Source: Vicugna vicugna (lineage: Eukaryota). Taken from it: a stretch of 64,000 bases of DNA. Positions 51,191-64,000 of this stretch are shown piece after piece (position 1 is the stretch's first letter; every line of letters starts with the position of its first letter). Below the pieces are notes generated by a model. That model saw nothing but the letters and a program-made list of their open reading frames with translations. It did not search any database and was not told where the DNA came from. The stretch spans positions 4,097,895 through 4,161,894 of the forward strand of contig MU058844.1 in NCBI GenBank assembly GCA_013265495.1, read 5' to 3'. Both the position numbers and the translations under genes were made by a program.

Positions 51191-54154
51191 CTCTTAGAAG
51201 TCTGAAATCACTCAATTTTGTTTTTATCAGAAGAAGCACTGATTAAAAACTTCCTGCCCTCTAGCTATGTCATTTTTTTAAGCTACCATAAGTGTAACCT
51301 GATGTACCTGCCCTGCTTGTTAACTCAGCTTAGTAATAATGTGACATTGTTGTTTCAAATAGAAAGAGATCTATATGCTGTCCACAGCGTAGGCATTTTA
51401 AATAAAATTTAATTGTTTATTAGATATAAGTGAAGTCAGTTTTATTATCTGACTAGCCCAGTATTTTTTCTTTCCAATGTTGTAAAGGTTTTGGTTTAAA
51501 CTCAGTGCAGGGATTTACTAGCAGAGTGGCCATAAACAGGTTACTTAATCTCAGTGAGTTGTGCTTTACTCACTGGCAAAACAGGGTATTAAGAATCACC
51601 TGGCTGATGGGAGGTCATATGAAATATTTGCAGACTGCTCATCCTATGTGTGGCCCTTAGTAGGAGTCAAGATATATGAGTCATTTCCCCCTTTAAACAG
51701 CATTTACATAGAGAGTAAGGACTGACGGTCACAGGGTGATTCCTTCCCATTTTTCCCTGTAGATTGAATACCTTAAAATCTTTAAATTCTTTTATTTTAA
51801 TGTTACTGTCTGCGTTTTTATATTAAGCAATCCCCTCTAGGGTGTTCAGATTCTAAGAGCATACTTTTAAAATAGATTACTCCACAAAAAGATCTGTACT
51901 GAGAGAGGGAGAAGAGTTGAGTATCTTTACGAGATTTCAGTAGACCAATTTGGACAATCAAGCTGGTTTGAGTTTCAATTTACCTGGCCTGTTAAAATCT
52001 ACTTTCCTGATAGTGGTTACAAAAAACAACCCACCTGCTGTTTCCTTTGCCCCTTCAAGATTACTGGACAATCACTAGAGAAGATTTTGAGTCTGTATAG
52101 GATTATTAGGTATTTTCTTTATTGTGCTTAATGGTAAAATTGTTTTTGAGCAGGAAGAAGTCATGTAGAATTAAAGGGTTATTCACTGACCAAGAATCTA
52201 CGGTTGGTTTATGTCAAGATTATTTTTGGAGTATTTTCATTATTTTATATTATGAGATAATTTCACTATCTCATAATATAAAATATTACATTGTTTTGTA
52301 TGACCTCAGAAAACCTGAACTTGGGACTAATTACTGTACCTGGTTCTTGGTAACTTGCTTTCCGGCTCTGGATAGCTGAGCCACTTGGCTCTCTTCCAAA
52401 GCACATTTGGGCTACAAGGGAACTGCCTGCCTCGCTAGCTGGCATGCGAGATTAAATAGAAGATGAATGTTGTTTTTGGCAGCAGCTGCTGTTTTGTTCG
52501 GGGCAGTCCTAATACCATTTTGTAGGTCTGTGCATACAGAGAAGCTACACAGAGACCCCGCTTACCTTTTTAACTTGGAGAAGTCTTGGAGTAATTTGGT
52601 CCCTGGCAATGCATAGCTTAAATTGCTTCTCACATTCATAGAAGAGCGTTTTTTTTTTCACATTTAGGAGATTAGAATCTTCTGGTTTTCCGAACAGCGT
52701 ATGTTCGCCTGATGTTCTGGGGCTGCATGCATGTTAATTTCTACCAAAGGAAAGGAGTCTGCAGCCTGACTTCTGTGTAATAACACATGTTCAAATTAAG
52801 TAAATAGTTTGCTTTAGGGGGCTTTGCAGCTCCTTTCTCTGGCATGTGGTTTTTTATCGTAAGGAAGGCTGTTATGCACAAGAAGAATTGATGAATGGGT
52901 GGATATTCCACTGGAGTCTGCTGAGATTGGTTCTCAACAAAAATGAGATTTAGGTAAGACCTTGGCTTTCAGGGGCTTCAGCCTCATCTTCCTGTAAGTT
53001 TCCCCTTTTAAAGTACCTTTTCCATACTCTGCCACTATTAAAACTTGCTCCCAGAAAGAGACCTGCTATATCTGTTATTCACAATTGAGTGTGAGTGTTC
53101 ATCACTATACTTCCCTTTGCCAGGACTGTTTCTATTGCACGTTTTAGTGCTAACAGGGTATATGGATTTCTCGTGAGTTTTTTCATCATATGAATCATTT
53201 GGAGGAAATTTTTAGCAATGAAGGGGTTACCGGAATTCTGTGTATTGTGGATAATACGTGAGGACACTTTTGACGCATGCTTCTAAATAAGAAAAGATCT
53301 AGAATTGCCAAGAATAAGATTAGTTTTATGTGTCTGTGCAATGAAAGATTATCAAGAAATGAGAGGTTATCACACAATGAGTGTGACCTAGAGAGAGATG
53401 TTGTATGATGCTAAAACAAAGTAGCCAAAGAAAAATGTCGTATGCAGAAGCAGAGAATGTTACAGAAGCAAACAGTAAGATGATTACCCAAACTGAAAAG
53501 ATACATTTTACAGCAGAAGTCACAAACAGGGGCATTTTGCTTCAGGCTTCTATCTCAAATAGGGTGTGTGCACGCGCACACGCCCACACGTTTAGGCACC
53601 CGCATACCCTTGTTGGAGTTTTCAGAAGTTAGAGAAAGAGGAAAAGAGAAAACAAAGGTAAATATGTCGTTGATATATTGGAACACCTCCTTTAATTGGA
53701 AGTCAATTGTCTATTAACTCTAAACACAGTTGAAAGCTAAGAAATAAATTTACAAAGGCATCTGACCCCTAAATCAGCATTAAAATACCCGTGTACTGAA
53801 GGTCAGACTCTTTGTTCATGGAAGATTGACTCTGTGGAGTCCTTTCCCAGACTGCTTTATTCAGGTGGTTGAGAAGCACTTGTTTCCCTGGTTTCCTAAA
53901 CAATCAGAAACCTGTAATCCACACAACAAATGATTGCATAGCACTTGTTGGAAAAGTTTTCGTTTGATTCTCACCACCACTCCATGAATGGGTGAGGCAA
54001 AAATGATTCTCATTTTAGAGACTGATAAACTGCTACTCAGAGGGATTCACGGGTGTGTTTGAGGAGCTCAGAGGTTTTCTGGATCCATCTTCTGTGCCCC
54101 GCCATCATATTACTGGTTTTCAAAAGTGTGAGGCTGGCTTTGCTGCTTGCTTGC

Positions 54155-54240
54155 TCGCTCTCTCGCTTTCTCTCGCTCTCTTTCTCTCTCTTTCTCTTTC
54201 TCTCTCTTTCTCTCTCTCTCTCTTTCTCTCTTCCTCCCTT
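54155..54240. repeat. (CT)n / CTTT compound pyrimidine microsatellite
   Basis: CTCTCGCTTTCTCTCGCTCTCTTTCTCTCTC... read directly. Confidence 0.9.
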
Positions 54241-54434
54241 TTTTGCCCTTGGAAACCTTTGTTCAAACAAAATCCACCCAGAAGCATGAACAAGTAAACT
54301 GAGCTGCTTTGCTTGAAGCTGGTGTTGGGGGTCCAGATACCGGCAGGATGGTTTGTTTTCCTTACCAGGAACAGCTTGAACATCATGCACTGCACCATTC
54401 ATTTATTAATTTATCCAGAAAGTAAGTTTATTGA

Positions 54435-54955
54435 GCTCTGATTTATTTTTATATTGTTGCTGTAACAAATTACCACCAATTTAGTGACTGAAAATAATAC
54501 AGATTTATTATATTATGGCTTTAGAGATTTGGAAGTCTAAAATGGGGTATATGAGCTAAAAGCAAGGTGTCAGTGGGACTGTGCCTTCCTGAAGGCTCTA
54601 AGTGAGACTGTTTCCTTGCCCCTTTTCAGCTTCTAGAAGCCTCTTACATTTCTTGACTCCTGGTCCCCTTCCTCTGTCTTAAAAGCCAACACTGGCATGT
54701 CAAGTCCTTATCATATGCCATCTTTTTGACCCTCCTCCCATTATTGCATGTCTCTGACCAGAGCTGGAAAAGGTTCTCAGTTTGTAAGGTCCCATGTGAT
54801 AAGATGGGGCCCAGAGAATGCAGAATAATGTCTCCACCTCAAGGTCCTCAGCTTAATCAGACCTGCAAAGTCCATTTTGTGGTATAAGGCAAATATTCAC
54901 AAATTCCAAGAATTGGGTCGTGGCCATTTTTTTGCCATTATTCATAAGCCACCTG
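54435..54955 (-). mobile_element. MLT1 (C/D/E-like) MaLR LTR
   Basis: TGCTGTAACAAATTACCACCAATTTAGTGACTGAAAATAATACAGATTTATT...AAGGTCCTCAGCTTAATCAGACCTGCAAAGTCC. Confidence 0.8.
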
Positions 54956-55209
54956 TCCCCCTGACTTGGGCCATGTGTTGTGTTTACCTCTAGACTAAAG
55001 GAGGCTAGAGACAGGCATGTTAACAGTAAAAATAGGTTGCAAACAATGACTTGACAGTATGAGAGAAATAGATAAACTAAGACATAAACCAACAAAAACT
55101 AAAATAAAATTGTAAAAGCAACTGTGCAAGCAAGTACAGTAATTTGGAGCTTCTTGAAGGAGGATGGTCACAACACCTAACCAACAAGCTTGGTGGTATG
55201 ACTGAAAAA

Positions 55210-55635
55210 ATTCTATATATTTAAGGTGTACAGAGTGATGTTTTGATATATGGGTACATTGTGAAATGATGACCACAATCGAATTTGCCTCTCAGTTATT
55301 CTTTCTTATGTGTATGGTGAAAACACTTGAGATCTACCCTCTTAGCAAATTTCAAGTACACAATACCGTATTATTTACTGTCATCACAATGCTGTACGTT
55401 AGTTCTCCAAATCTTTCTATAACTAAAAGTTTCTACCCTTTAATCAGTATTTCCCCTTTCTCTCTACCCCCGCCCCTCCCCAGCCTCTGGTAACTACCTT
55501 TCTATTCTACTCTTTGTTGCTATGGGTTAGACTTTTTTTTTTTTTTTTTGGCAGCGGCAGAGGGGTGGAGGAGATTCCACATAGAAGTGAGATCATATGA
55601 TATTTGTCTTTCTGTGTCTGGCTTATTTCACTCAG
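55210..55635 (-). mobile_element. L1M (L1MA/MB-type) 3' end
   Basis: TTTAAGGTGTACAGAGTGATGTTTTGATATATG...AGATCTACCCTCTTAGCAAATTTCAAGTACACAATAC...GATTCCACATAGAAGTGAGATCATATGATATTTGTCTTTCTGTGTCTGGCTTATTTCACT. Confidence 0.85.
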
Positions 55636-55966
55636 TCTTCCCTTTATTTGATGGACCCGAATCATCAAAGAAAAGCAAAGTTTAATATTTCTCACCACTG
55701 TTTAGGAAACCAGGGAGGTGTGTGTACTATATATTAGAAAAATTTGTGCATAGGCTAGTGCTGAAAAATTACTTTTCCATATAAAGAAGTAAGCTCCACA
55801 TTTCAACCCTCTCCTGAGAACACTGATAGGGAGGTATCACTAAGCTCGAGCACAGTTTGCAGTACATTTCTTTCTTGACGGTCCTCCGTCCTAATGTTTA
55901 GTGATGCCTGAGTGAGTGGTTTAATTTTATCAAAGGTAGATACTCTATTCCTTACTAGTAGCAAAG

Positions 55967-56157
55967 CTATTTACCCTTGAACAACACAGGTTTGAACTAC
56001 GTGGGTCCACTTACAGTGGATTTTTTTTAACAGTGCATACTGCAGTACCACTCGGATCTAGGTTGGTTGAATCCCCAGATGCCAAGGAACCACCGACAGG
56101 GAGGGTTGATTATCAGATATACACAGATGAACCCCTGCTTTGTTCAAGAGTCAACTA
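55967..56157 (+). mobile_element. Tigger2-derived MITE
   Basis: ACCCTTGAACAACACAGGTTTGAACTACGTGGGTCCACTTA ... TTGTTCAAGAGTCAACTA: inverted termini of the Tigger2 family. Confidence 0.75.
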
Positions 56158-56859
56158 TATACACAATTAAATTACAATATCAGTTTACTGAATAGCTTTA
56201 AAATAAAGTGCTTAAAGATGTACAAGTTCTTCAGGGATATTTGAATGTATGACATGAACAGATTTAAGTTTAGCTCCGACCAAAGAAACTCCTATAAGTT
56301 GAGCAAAATCATCTCTTTATAAATGTTTATATATAACTGATACCAAAAAAAAAAAAATTGCTGTTCTGGTGAAATTATTTTGCCAGTATTATAGAAGCCT
56401 GTTAATATATATTTTAAAACTATCAAAGAACACATATTACAAATTTATGGTAATCTGGAAAATGTAGAATATTCAGTTGTGGCTTGGAATATGGAACAAA
56501 CTTGTCTCCAATATGCTTGATTTTGAAAAAATTGTCGACGTTTTAGAGTTAGGTCGTCAGACTCTTCGCCAGTGACCTAACCGCTTTCTGGGAGCTCTGT
56601 GATGGTGTGGGGTGAAGACAATGGGACGTAGGCTTGGACAGACCTGGGGTTTATCCTGATTTCCCCACCTAGAAGTCACCAAATCTCTCTCTACCTCAGC
56701 TTTGAAATTAGGATGTATGTAACTTAAATTTTATTTGTGGTAAGACATAAAAATGTTTGGTAAACTGTAGATGTTCCCTAAATGGTAGCTGTTATTCATG
56801 GTATTGTTCACAGAGCACCAGCATCTGCACACTCATATTCAGACATCCTGCCTGGTGGT

Positions 56860-59800
56860 ACCGCACATCCTTTATTTAAAGCCAGGCCCTTTGCTTGAGA
56901 GCTGGAGCTCACCCCTTGCTGTCTAGTCCAGGTCATTGTTCCAAGCAGTTGCCTCTCTTCTTACCACAGTGCCAATCACACCTCCTACTGGAGTGTCCCC
57001 ATAGGCATATGTACCTCCTGGTGTATTTACCATCTTACAGATGAAACTGTCCCCCCAACCCAATTTCTGTCAGCCACCATCTCACTTTCTGTTTATTTAT
57101 TTGTTCATGTATTTGTTCTCCTTTGAAGGACACCTCTGTAAAAGAGCTGCCTATGTTCACTGTTTCTAATTACTCACCTCTTATGCCCTCTTAAACCCTC
57201 TTCTGACTGGCCTTTTCACACAACTGCTTCAATAAAGATGCTCTTGCTAATGTCACCAGGACCTCTGTGCTGCTCGATCCAGTGGTCAGTTCCCAGTCCT
57301 CAAACTACTTGACCTATTACAAGTATTTAATATACTTTGACCTTCTCTTTAAGGTACTTTTTTTTTTGACTTGACTTCCTCCTCCTCCCTTGGCTTCTCT
57401 CTCAGGCTCCTTTGTGTGTTCTGAGTCTTTTGCCAGACCTCTTAAGGTTAGAACACCACAGGAGCCAGTTCTTTGTTCTTTTTTTCTATCTACACTCCCT
57501 GCCTTGATGGTCTCATCCACTCTTTTGCTTGAAATTCCATTTCTGTATCAAAGGCTATCATATTTATATGTCCAGCTCAAACGTCCCTCCTAAATCCAAA
57601 TTCCAAATATCCTGACCTAGTATCATCACTGGCATATCTCAAAGACATTTCAAACTTACCACATCCAAAACTTCTACTTTGCTCCCCAAACCTTCTCTAC
57701 TCTCAGCCATCCCCTTATCAGTTGATGGCAACACCATCCTTCCAGTTGCTCAGCCCAGAATCCTTAGAGTCGTCCTGACCCTTTCTCTCAAATTGCACTC
57801 CCACTGTCAGGAAATCCTGTTGGCTTAGTCTTCAGGAGGCATCCAGAATCTTACCGCCTCTGGTCAGTGTACTGCTGCAACCTTTTGTTGCTTTGATTAT
57901 AGCCATAGCCCTGAATTGGTCTCTCTGTTTCTACTTATTGTTACCCTACAGTCTGTTCTCACCACAGCAATCAAAGTGATTTTTTTTTTAAGGGAAAGAA
58001 CTTATATTTAGTGCAGTTCATAGGAAAATTGAGAGGGAGGTACAGTGATTTCCCCTATGCCCCCTGCCCTGACACATGCAATAGTTTACATTAGGTTAAC
58101 TCTTGGTGTTGTACAATCTATGAGTTTAGACAAATGTATTTGTCATTATGGTATCATACAGAGTATTTTCACTGCTCTAAAAATCCTGTGTTCTGTCTTA
58201 TTCATCCCTCCCCCTCCAGCCCCTGGCAACCTACTGAACTTTTTACTGTTTCCATAGTTTTGCCTTTTTAGAATGTCCTAGTAGTTGGAATCAAATAGTA
58301 TATAACCTTTTCAGATTGGCTTCTTGACTTAGTAATATGCACTTGTTTCCTCTGTCTTTTCATGGCTTCATAGCTCATTTCTTTTTAGTGCTGAGCAGCA
58401 TTCCATTGCCCAGCTAGCCCACAGTTTATTTATCCATTCACAGTCTGAAGGGCATCCTGGTTGCTTTCAAGTGTTGGCATTTTTAAATAAGCTGCTGTAA
58501 AATCAATGTGCAGGTTTTTGTGTGGATACATGTTTTCAACTCCTTGGGGTAGATACCAAGGAGCATGATTGCTAGATTATGTGGTGACAGTATGTTTAGT
58601 TTTTTAAGAAACTGTCAGACAGTCTTTAAAACTTTTTTAAAAAATATGTTCATATATCTCCTCTGCTCAAAATTCTGCAATGAATCTTGTTTCATTCACA
58701 GTAAAAATCAAATATCCAGATCATGGAGTACAAGACCCTACATGATTTGGCCCTCTATTCTCTTTTACATCATCATCTTCTACTGTCCCCTGGTTTACTC
58801 TTGCTGTTCCTTAAGTAAAGCAGGTTCCTTAAATAGACCTTAGGGCCTTTGTACAATCTTCTCTCTCTGTCCACAATACTTTCCCACAGACATCTTCATG
58901 GATACTCCCTTAGCACCGTCTAATCTCTGATAAAATATTGCCTGCTCATGGAGGCCCCACCAAATAGCACTCTGTTTAAAATTTTAGTCTATTTCCCCAT
59001 ACACTACAGTCTATGGGGAGAAAGAAAGGGGTTTGCAGCCAGTACTGTGGCCTTTTCTCTAGACTCAGGGGTGCCTAGGGATTCGACCCTCTCTGTCATC
59101 CTCCTTGCAACAAGAACTCAAACAACTTAGGCGTATACCTGCACTTCACCCAAGAGCATCCTGCCGAAGTCACTAGGTAGCAGAACAACCGCCAGCATGT
59201 ATTTTATTGTCCAGATGGGTACCGGTGGGAGGTAGCTGTGATGGGGAGCAAAGGCAGCTCATGGCACCCCCGAAGGGGCTACTTGACTAGCAAGGTACAA
59301 GCCCAAGAAGAGGTCCTGCCCCCCCCACATCATGTGTCATTACCATGCACATCCCAAGGGTGCAGTGATACGTGGGCGTTTGGGACATCCTGGGAGTTGT
59401 GAGCTCTGCTCTGCTGGTGCTGTGCATGACTTTTTGTCACCTCTCCTGTATCCTTTCTTAAAGCCCAGTAATACCCTTGGAGCTGGGCGAAGCCTCGATG
59501 CCTCATGAGTGTGATTGTCAACTTGAACCCAAGACCATGCTGGGAGAGCAGAGCAGGCATGATAATCCCAATCCCCTCTGCCATGGTCTAATTTTTCTTT
59601 TCACAGCACACCTCTGGCATAGTCTTTAATTTGGTTACTTATTATATTTATTGATTGTGGTCTGCCTTCCCTTACTAAGTGAGCTTCATGAGGGTAAGGA
59701 GTTTTGCTTCTCTACTAATATATCCCAAGCATCTGGAACAATGGCATACATTAACATTAGGTGCTTAATAAATATGTGCTGAATGAATGAGTGAGTGAAC
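56860..59800 (+). mobile_element. Long L2 element interrupted by two younger insertions
   Basis: GCTCTTGCTAATGTCACCAGGACCTC (RT region), CATCCTTCCAGTTGCTCAGCCCAGAATCCTTAGAGTC and tail GTGCTTAATAAATATGTGCTGAATGAATGAGTGAGTGAA at about 59760-59800. Confidence 0.75.
57995..58625 (-). mobile_element. L1MC-type 3' fragment nested in L2
   Basis: AAAATTGAGAGGGAGGTACAGTGATTTCCC...GTTGGAATCAAATAGTATATAACCTTTTCAGATTGGCTTC...TATGTTTAGTTTTTTAAGAAACTGTCAGAC. Confidence 0.8.
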
Positions 59801-59879
59801 AAATGTTTGTGTAGTGTTATTTCAATATCAGGCATAAGGCACGGTAAAGAGAAGTCAACAGAATTTCTGCCTTTATAAA

Positions 59880-60225
59880 TTTTTTCTTCCAGTTTTATTG
59901 AGATAAAATTGGCATACTGCACTGTGTAAGTTTAAGGTGGACAACATGATTTGAATTACATATATCATACAGTGATTACCACATTAAGTTTAGTGAACTT
60001 TTTTTTTATCTTGGATAGATATAAAATTAAAGAAATAGAAAAAAAAATTTCCTTATAATGAGGACTCTTAGGATTTACTCTCTTAACAACTTTCTCATAT
60101 ACAATACAGCAGGGTTAATTATATTACCACATAGTACATTACGTCTCTAGTACTTATTTATCAGGTAATTGGAAGTTTGTACCTTTTGACCACTTTCATC
60201 CAACTCCCCCTCCTCCATACCCATG
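59880..60225 (-). mobile_element. L1MA9-like 3' end
   Basis: CCAGTTTTATTGAGATAAAATTGGCATACTGCACTGTGTAAGTTTAAGGTG...AGGACTCTTAGGATTTACTCTCTTAACAACTTTC...GGAAGTTTGTACCTTTTGACC. Confidence 0.8.
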
Positions 60226-60879
60226 CCTTTATATTTCTTAGAGCCTACAATATGAATATGGTTACTAGTGAGATTAGCCATTTACAGAGATTCTTAGGAT
60301 TCCCCAACCACATCATGAAAGAGAGTCTTAGAGAAATACATTTCAAGAGTGAGGATTAGTTCTTAGCAATGCCAATATAAAAGAAAGCTTGACTTTAATC
60401 AATTGTATTTATATACAAAAAGGGAGATTAAGTTATTAGAGAAAATTTTATGTGCTGGGATTGTCCAAAAAGAATTCCCCAAACAGAAATTATTTACACA
60501 ACTTAGTTTTCATTTCCGTCCAAGGGAGATGGTGCTGTGAAGAGTTTGACCCCATTGTGCTAATAGTGGCCTTAACAAAGTTAAGCAGGATTACAGCTAA
60601 AATACATAGATCACAATGGTAAAACAATGAAAGGGTTTGTATTTTATTTACAAGCCATGATTACCTATGTAGGTAACCTTGTAGTCTTAGAAATTTTAAT
60701 AAATGATAATTGTCACTTGGTCTAGTGTGACATCTAGTTAGCTTGTGGATATTGATTGAAAATAGTAATCCAGTTCCTTTCAATACATGGCTGACTACAT
60801 AAAGAGGAATGATTTCTAGCCATGTGCAGATAAGCTTTCGTGTAATTGTAAGATGCCACAGGCAAATGTTAACTCATAA

Positions 60880-61255
60880 AAGAACTCTCACATTTCAAAG
60901 TATCTTTACAGCTCCATCCATGCCTTTGCTCATGCTGTTTATTTTTCCTAGAATGCCACCCCTTCCTTGTCAACTCTTGTACATTCTTCCTTTGTCCTCC
61001 AAAATCCAGCCAGAGTCACTGCATTTTCTCTCTGGCTTTTCTTGGCACTGTCTTTCTGCCATGGGTTCTCCACCTTAAGGTTAATTGATTAATTGCTTCT
61101 TCCTCTGTCGTTCCCGAAGTATTTACCATGGGGTGTGGGTGTTCATTTATTTACCTACTTCTGAGATTCAGGCGTGTCTTATCACCTTTGTTTCTCTAGT
61201 GCCTGGCTCAGTCCTAGTCTCATAATATGAGCTCAGTAAATAAGTATTGAATTTG
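60880..61255 (+). mobile_element. L2 3' fragment
   Basis: ATGCCTTTGCTCATGCTG...CTAGTGCCTGGC...GCTCAGTAAATAAGTATTGAA. Confidence 0.6.
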
Positions 61256-62092
61256 AAGCATTTGACTCTTTTTACCTTGGTCACGGATTCATGCAGCAAT
61301 TATTTATTAGGAGCTTTTTTAGATGCAAAGTGTTGTGAAAATAACTGAAAAAAAATCAGATGCCCAAATTTTAAAAAAACCTAAAATATAATGTAATAAG
61401 AAAAATTAAGTCATGCATGAAAGTAACTAATATACAGTTGAAAGTTATTTTCAAAGAGGTAGAGGTGTGTGTGAGAGAGATTCATGCTAGGGTTCAAGAA
61501 TGTTTTCCTATTGACTAAGGAAATACTTTTTCCTTATCAAATGGCTAAAAAGCAGTGATTCAAAACAGTGATTCTTTTGATGCCTCACAAATTAGGTTAA
61601 ATTCTGATCAAGATGTAAAAATCTTTCTCTCCTCACTTTAACTTGTAGTACTGTTAGAGACTATTATATTAGAGCATTGCTCTGGGTTCTGCTGCTACTT
61701 GCCGAACAGTCTACATTTAAAGTAGACAAAGTTTCTCTTGGTGCCTTAAGGGATGAATTTTATGCATTCCCTAGTTTTTAGAAAACACCTTAAGTGATAA
61801 ATCCTTTACACGTTGCTACAAGTTCATTCCTAATTGCCATTAGGGAATTGCCTGTAGAAAGCTTTTGATAAACGTTAACAATGTCACTGAAATAAAAAAA
61901 ACTAAGCCATATTTTAACAGAATTTTTTTAATGTGGTCAACATAGTTTGAATGCTCAGCATCTAACTGTATTTAAGCCAGTAACATATATATATATAGTA
62001 GATTACCTTTTCCACATTAAGAAAGACGATGTTAATAGTTCGAGTGAGTATAGATTTTCACTGATGATCACCCACGTTTCTTCTGTTTTCAG

Positions 62093-62206
62093 ACTTGGAT
62101 TATCACTTGCATTTATCTTCAACTGCTCCTATTTAATCCTCTCGTCAAAACTCAAGGGATCTGCAGGAACCGTGTAACTGATGATGTGAAAGACGTTACA
62201 AAATTG
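62093..62206 (+). CDS. KITLG: KIT ligand exon 2 (114 nt): [38 protein letters not shown], rest of the 25-aa signal peptide and start of mature SCF
   Basis: Pyrimidine tract and acceptor TTTCTTCTGTTTTCAG ending at 62092, branch-like CACTGAT at 62059-62065, donor GTAAGT at 62207. The translation matches the known N-terminus of mammalian SCF. The gene continues beyond the window. Confidence 0.98.
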
Positions 62207-64000
62207 GTAAGTAAGGAATGCTTTTACTTGCTGTGATTCTTTTTTCTTGTGCTTTTTGAAAAGAGATTTCCTTTTTTCTTGCCCTAAATCAGTCTTTTTC
62301 TAAGACAAGGAGAGAAGTCACTGAATTTTTCTAAAGGGCTTATGGAAAGCAGGTAGGGAGACATTTAGGGTCATGGAACATCTTGGTAGAACTGGCCCAC
62401 TGCACACCACCGAAGTGATTTTGTTTCTTTGCTGGTCTTTTCATCTCCTTCATAAGCAGTGAAGGACACTGGCGGGCTCTTCGTCTGCTGATGTCCCAGC
62501 ACTAGCTTGTTCCTCATTATCTCCCTAGTGGCCTCCTCAGCGTGTTTTATTTCCCCTCCACATACCTCCCTGCTCTTCTCTAACAAGCCTAACCAAAGGG
62601 GATCGGAGACGGCCATTCTCCCCTATCCAACAGCTTGAAGACTCTGTCACATGTGGGTGGGTGTTTGCTCCCTCACTGAACATAGTAGGAATCATCTGTT
62701 GCCCGAGGTTGACCAGACTCATCTCCCACCTCCATCACTGGAACTCGGCCAAAGCCATTCCACGCCGGTGCTGCTTGGTCCCTGCCAGCTTCGTGCCATG
62801 CTTCTAAGATGTAGACGGCAGAGAGGGAGCACTTCATACAGCTTCTGAAATGCATTCTTCCCAACTCTCACAGTCTAGAGGTGATTTTACATGCTCACTT
62901 GAGCTACAGTGTGGAGTTTCAGGATGAACAAAGTTTGAGAAGCATTTCTGTAAGTTCCTGGTTCAAAAGAGCCAAGTGGTATGCAGTTATTTGAATATTA
63001 TCTTAAAGAACAGAGGTAATGTGAGAATAGGAAAGAAATGAGGGTTGTACTACGTAGAAAAGAAAGAAAAGTGTATTTGAGAAATTTACCTTCCCTCCCT
63101 TGATACACATTTCCTGGATTGTATGTTTTATTTGAAATTCATAGCTGAACTTCAAAACAGAAGTTCAGTGCTACCATCTCTTGCTAGCTTAGCCCCAGTG
63201 CAGACTTAAGAACACAAACACACATGCACAATTTATTCAGATTCCTTAGAAAGAAACCCACAAGGGCCAAGTATTCTCTGGTGCAGCATCTGAAGATGTA
63301 TCAACATGTTTTATTTGAGGAGCTGGTGACTAAAGCAATGCAACATTTACCTACTATATGAACAGCTAGATATTGAGTATAGGGACAGGAGTCCAGGGGA
63401 AGTATTTGGGAAGTTTTTTTTTAAACATAGATCACATCCTTTTCCTCAGGTTGCTTGACAAGTTTTTGACCCAAGAAATATATTAAAAAGAAAATATGTT
63501 TATTTTCACAAGCTTGCATCGGTAGAAGGCTCTCATTAGATGTTTGTTCAATGAATGAGGTAATGACATCCACCACTCTAGTGAGTGGACATCATGATCA
63601 CCTGCAGCCCTTGTTAAACTCACAGGTGTCTGAGCCCCACTGACGCACTAAGTCTGCAGAAGGGCTCTAGGCATCTACATTTTAAAGATATTTCTGAAAG
63701 GAGGTTTATGAACTATTGCTCTGGGTGGTCTATTCTGTCATAGTCTAGAGACCAAAGTGCCTTGACCCTAATTTAATCTCCATTTTTATTATGACTGGTT
63801 TTATCTGTGTTGTATAGATTTATATTAATGTTCGATTAATACAGGTCTCCAAGATAATGCTTAAAGTAAGTCACAACTGGGAAATGACAGCTCTCGTGAG
63901 GTTGCTGGTATAACTGCAGAGCTGAGAATGAGCAGGGGAGGTCTGCAGCAGTCCTAGAGATCAGACTTCAAATATGTGGGCAAGAATCACGGTTGAAAGA

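Larger units (their letters stand above)
28227..62092 (+). other. KITLG: KITLG intron 1 (33,866 bp, GT-AG, phase 0)
   Basis: Bounded by GTGAGT and TTTCAG; joining the exons gives the uninterrupted MKKTQ-TWIITC reading. Confidence 0.95.

Noticed and set aside
54037..54402. ORFs with ERERKR or LSLSF runs
   Set aside because: Translations of the (CT)n microsatellite.
62370..62850. GC-richer stretch after exon 2, considered as a further exon or retrocopy
   Set aside because: No KITLG exon 3 peptide (VANLP...) and no recognisable protein, poly(A) tail or TSD.
1..64000. CRISPR arrays, tRNA/rRNA genes, intact transposase or reverse transcriptase ORFs
   Set aside because: None seen; this is mammalian DNA and all mobile elements are truncated or decayed.

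Overview
Mammalian genomic DNA, most likely a camelid artiodactyl (inferred from the protein sequence and repeat content). The window holds the 5' part of KITLG (KIT ligand / stem cell factor) on the + strand: about 28 kb of upstream DNA, a CpG-island promoter with a TATA box (27989-27995), exon 1 (CDS 28212-28226, MKKTQ), a 33.9-kb intron 1, exon 2 (62093-62206) and the start of intron 2. About 14 kb upstream is a full-length processed RPSA pseudogene on the - strand with degenerate target-site duplications. The rest is ancient interspersed repeats (L2, MIR, MLT1/MLT2, L1M, Tigger, MER5/hAT) plus a few younger L1 3' ends. Most notable: (i) the centre of the old RPSA pseudogene has gained CpGs and carries NRF1/ETS/E2F-like motifs, like a newly formed CpG island; (ii) a 2 x 65-bp tandem module in intron 1 with a p53 response element in each copy; (iii) three upstream AUGs, one per frame, in the KITLG 5'UTR; (iv) several perfect palindromes, one an EBF-type site; (v) a very young 93-bp L1 tail with a perfect TSD 5 kb upstream of the promoter. 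Repeat family names and comparisons with other species come from recalled sequences, not a search, and repeat boundaries are approximate. Almost all ORFs in the supplied track are spurious.
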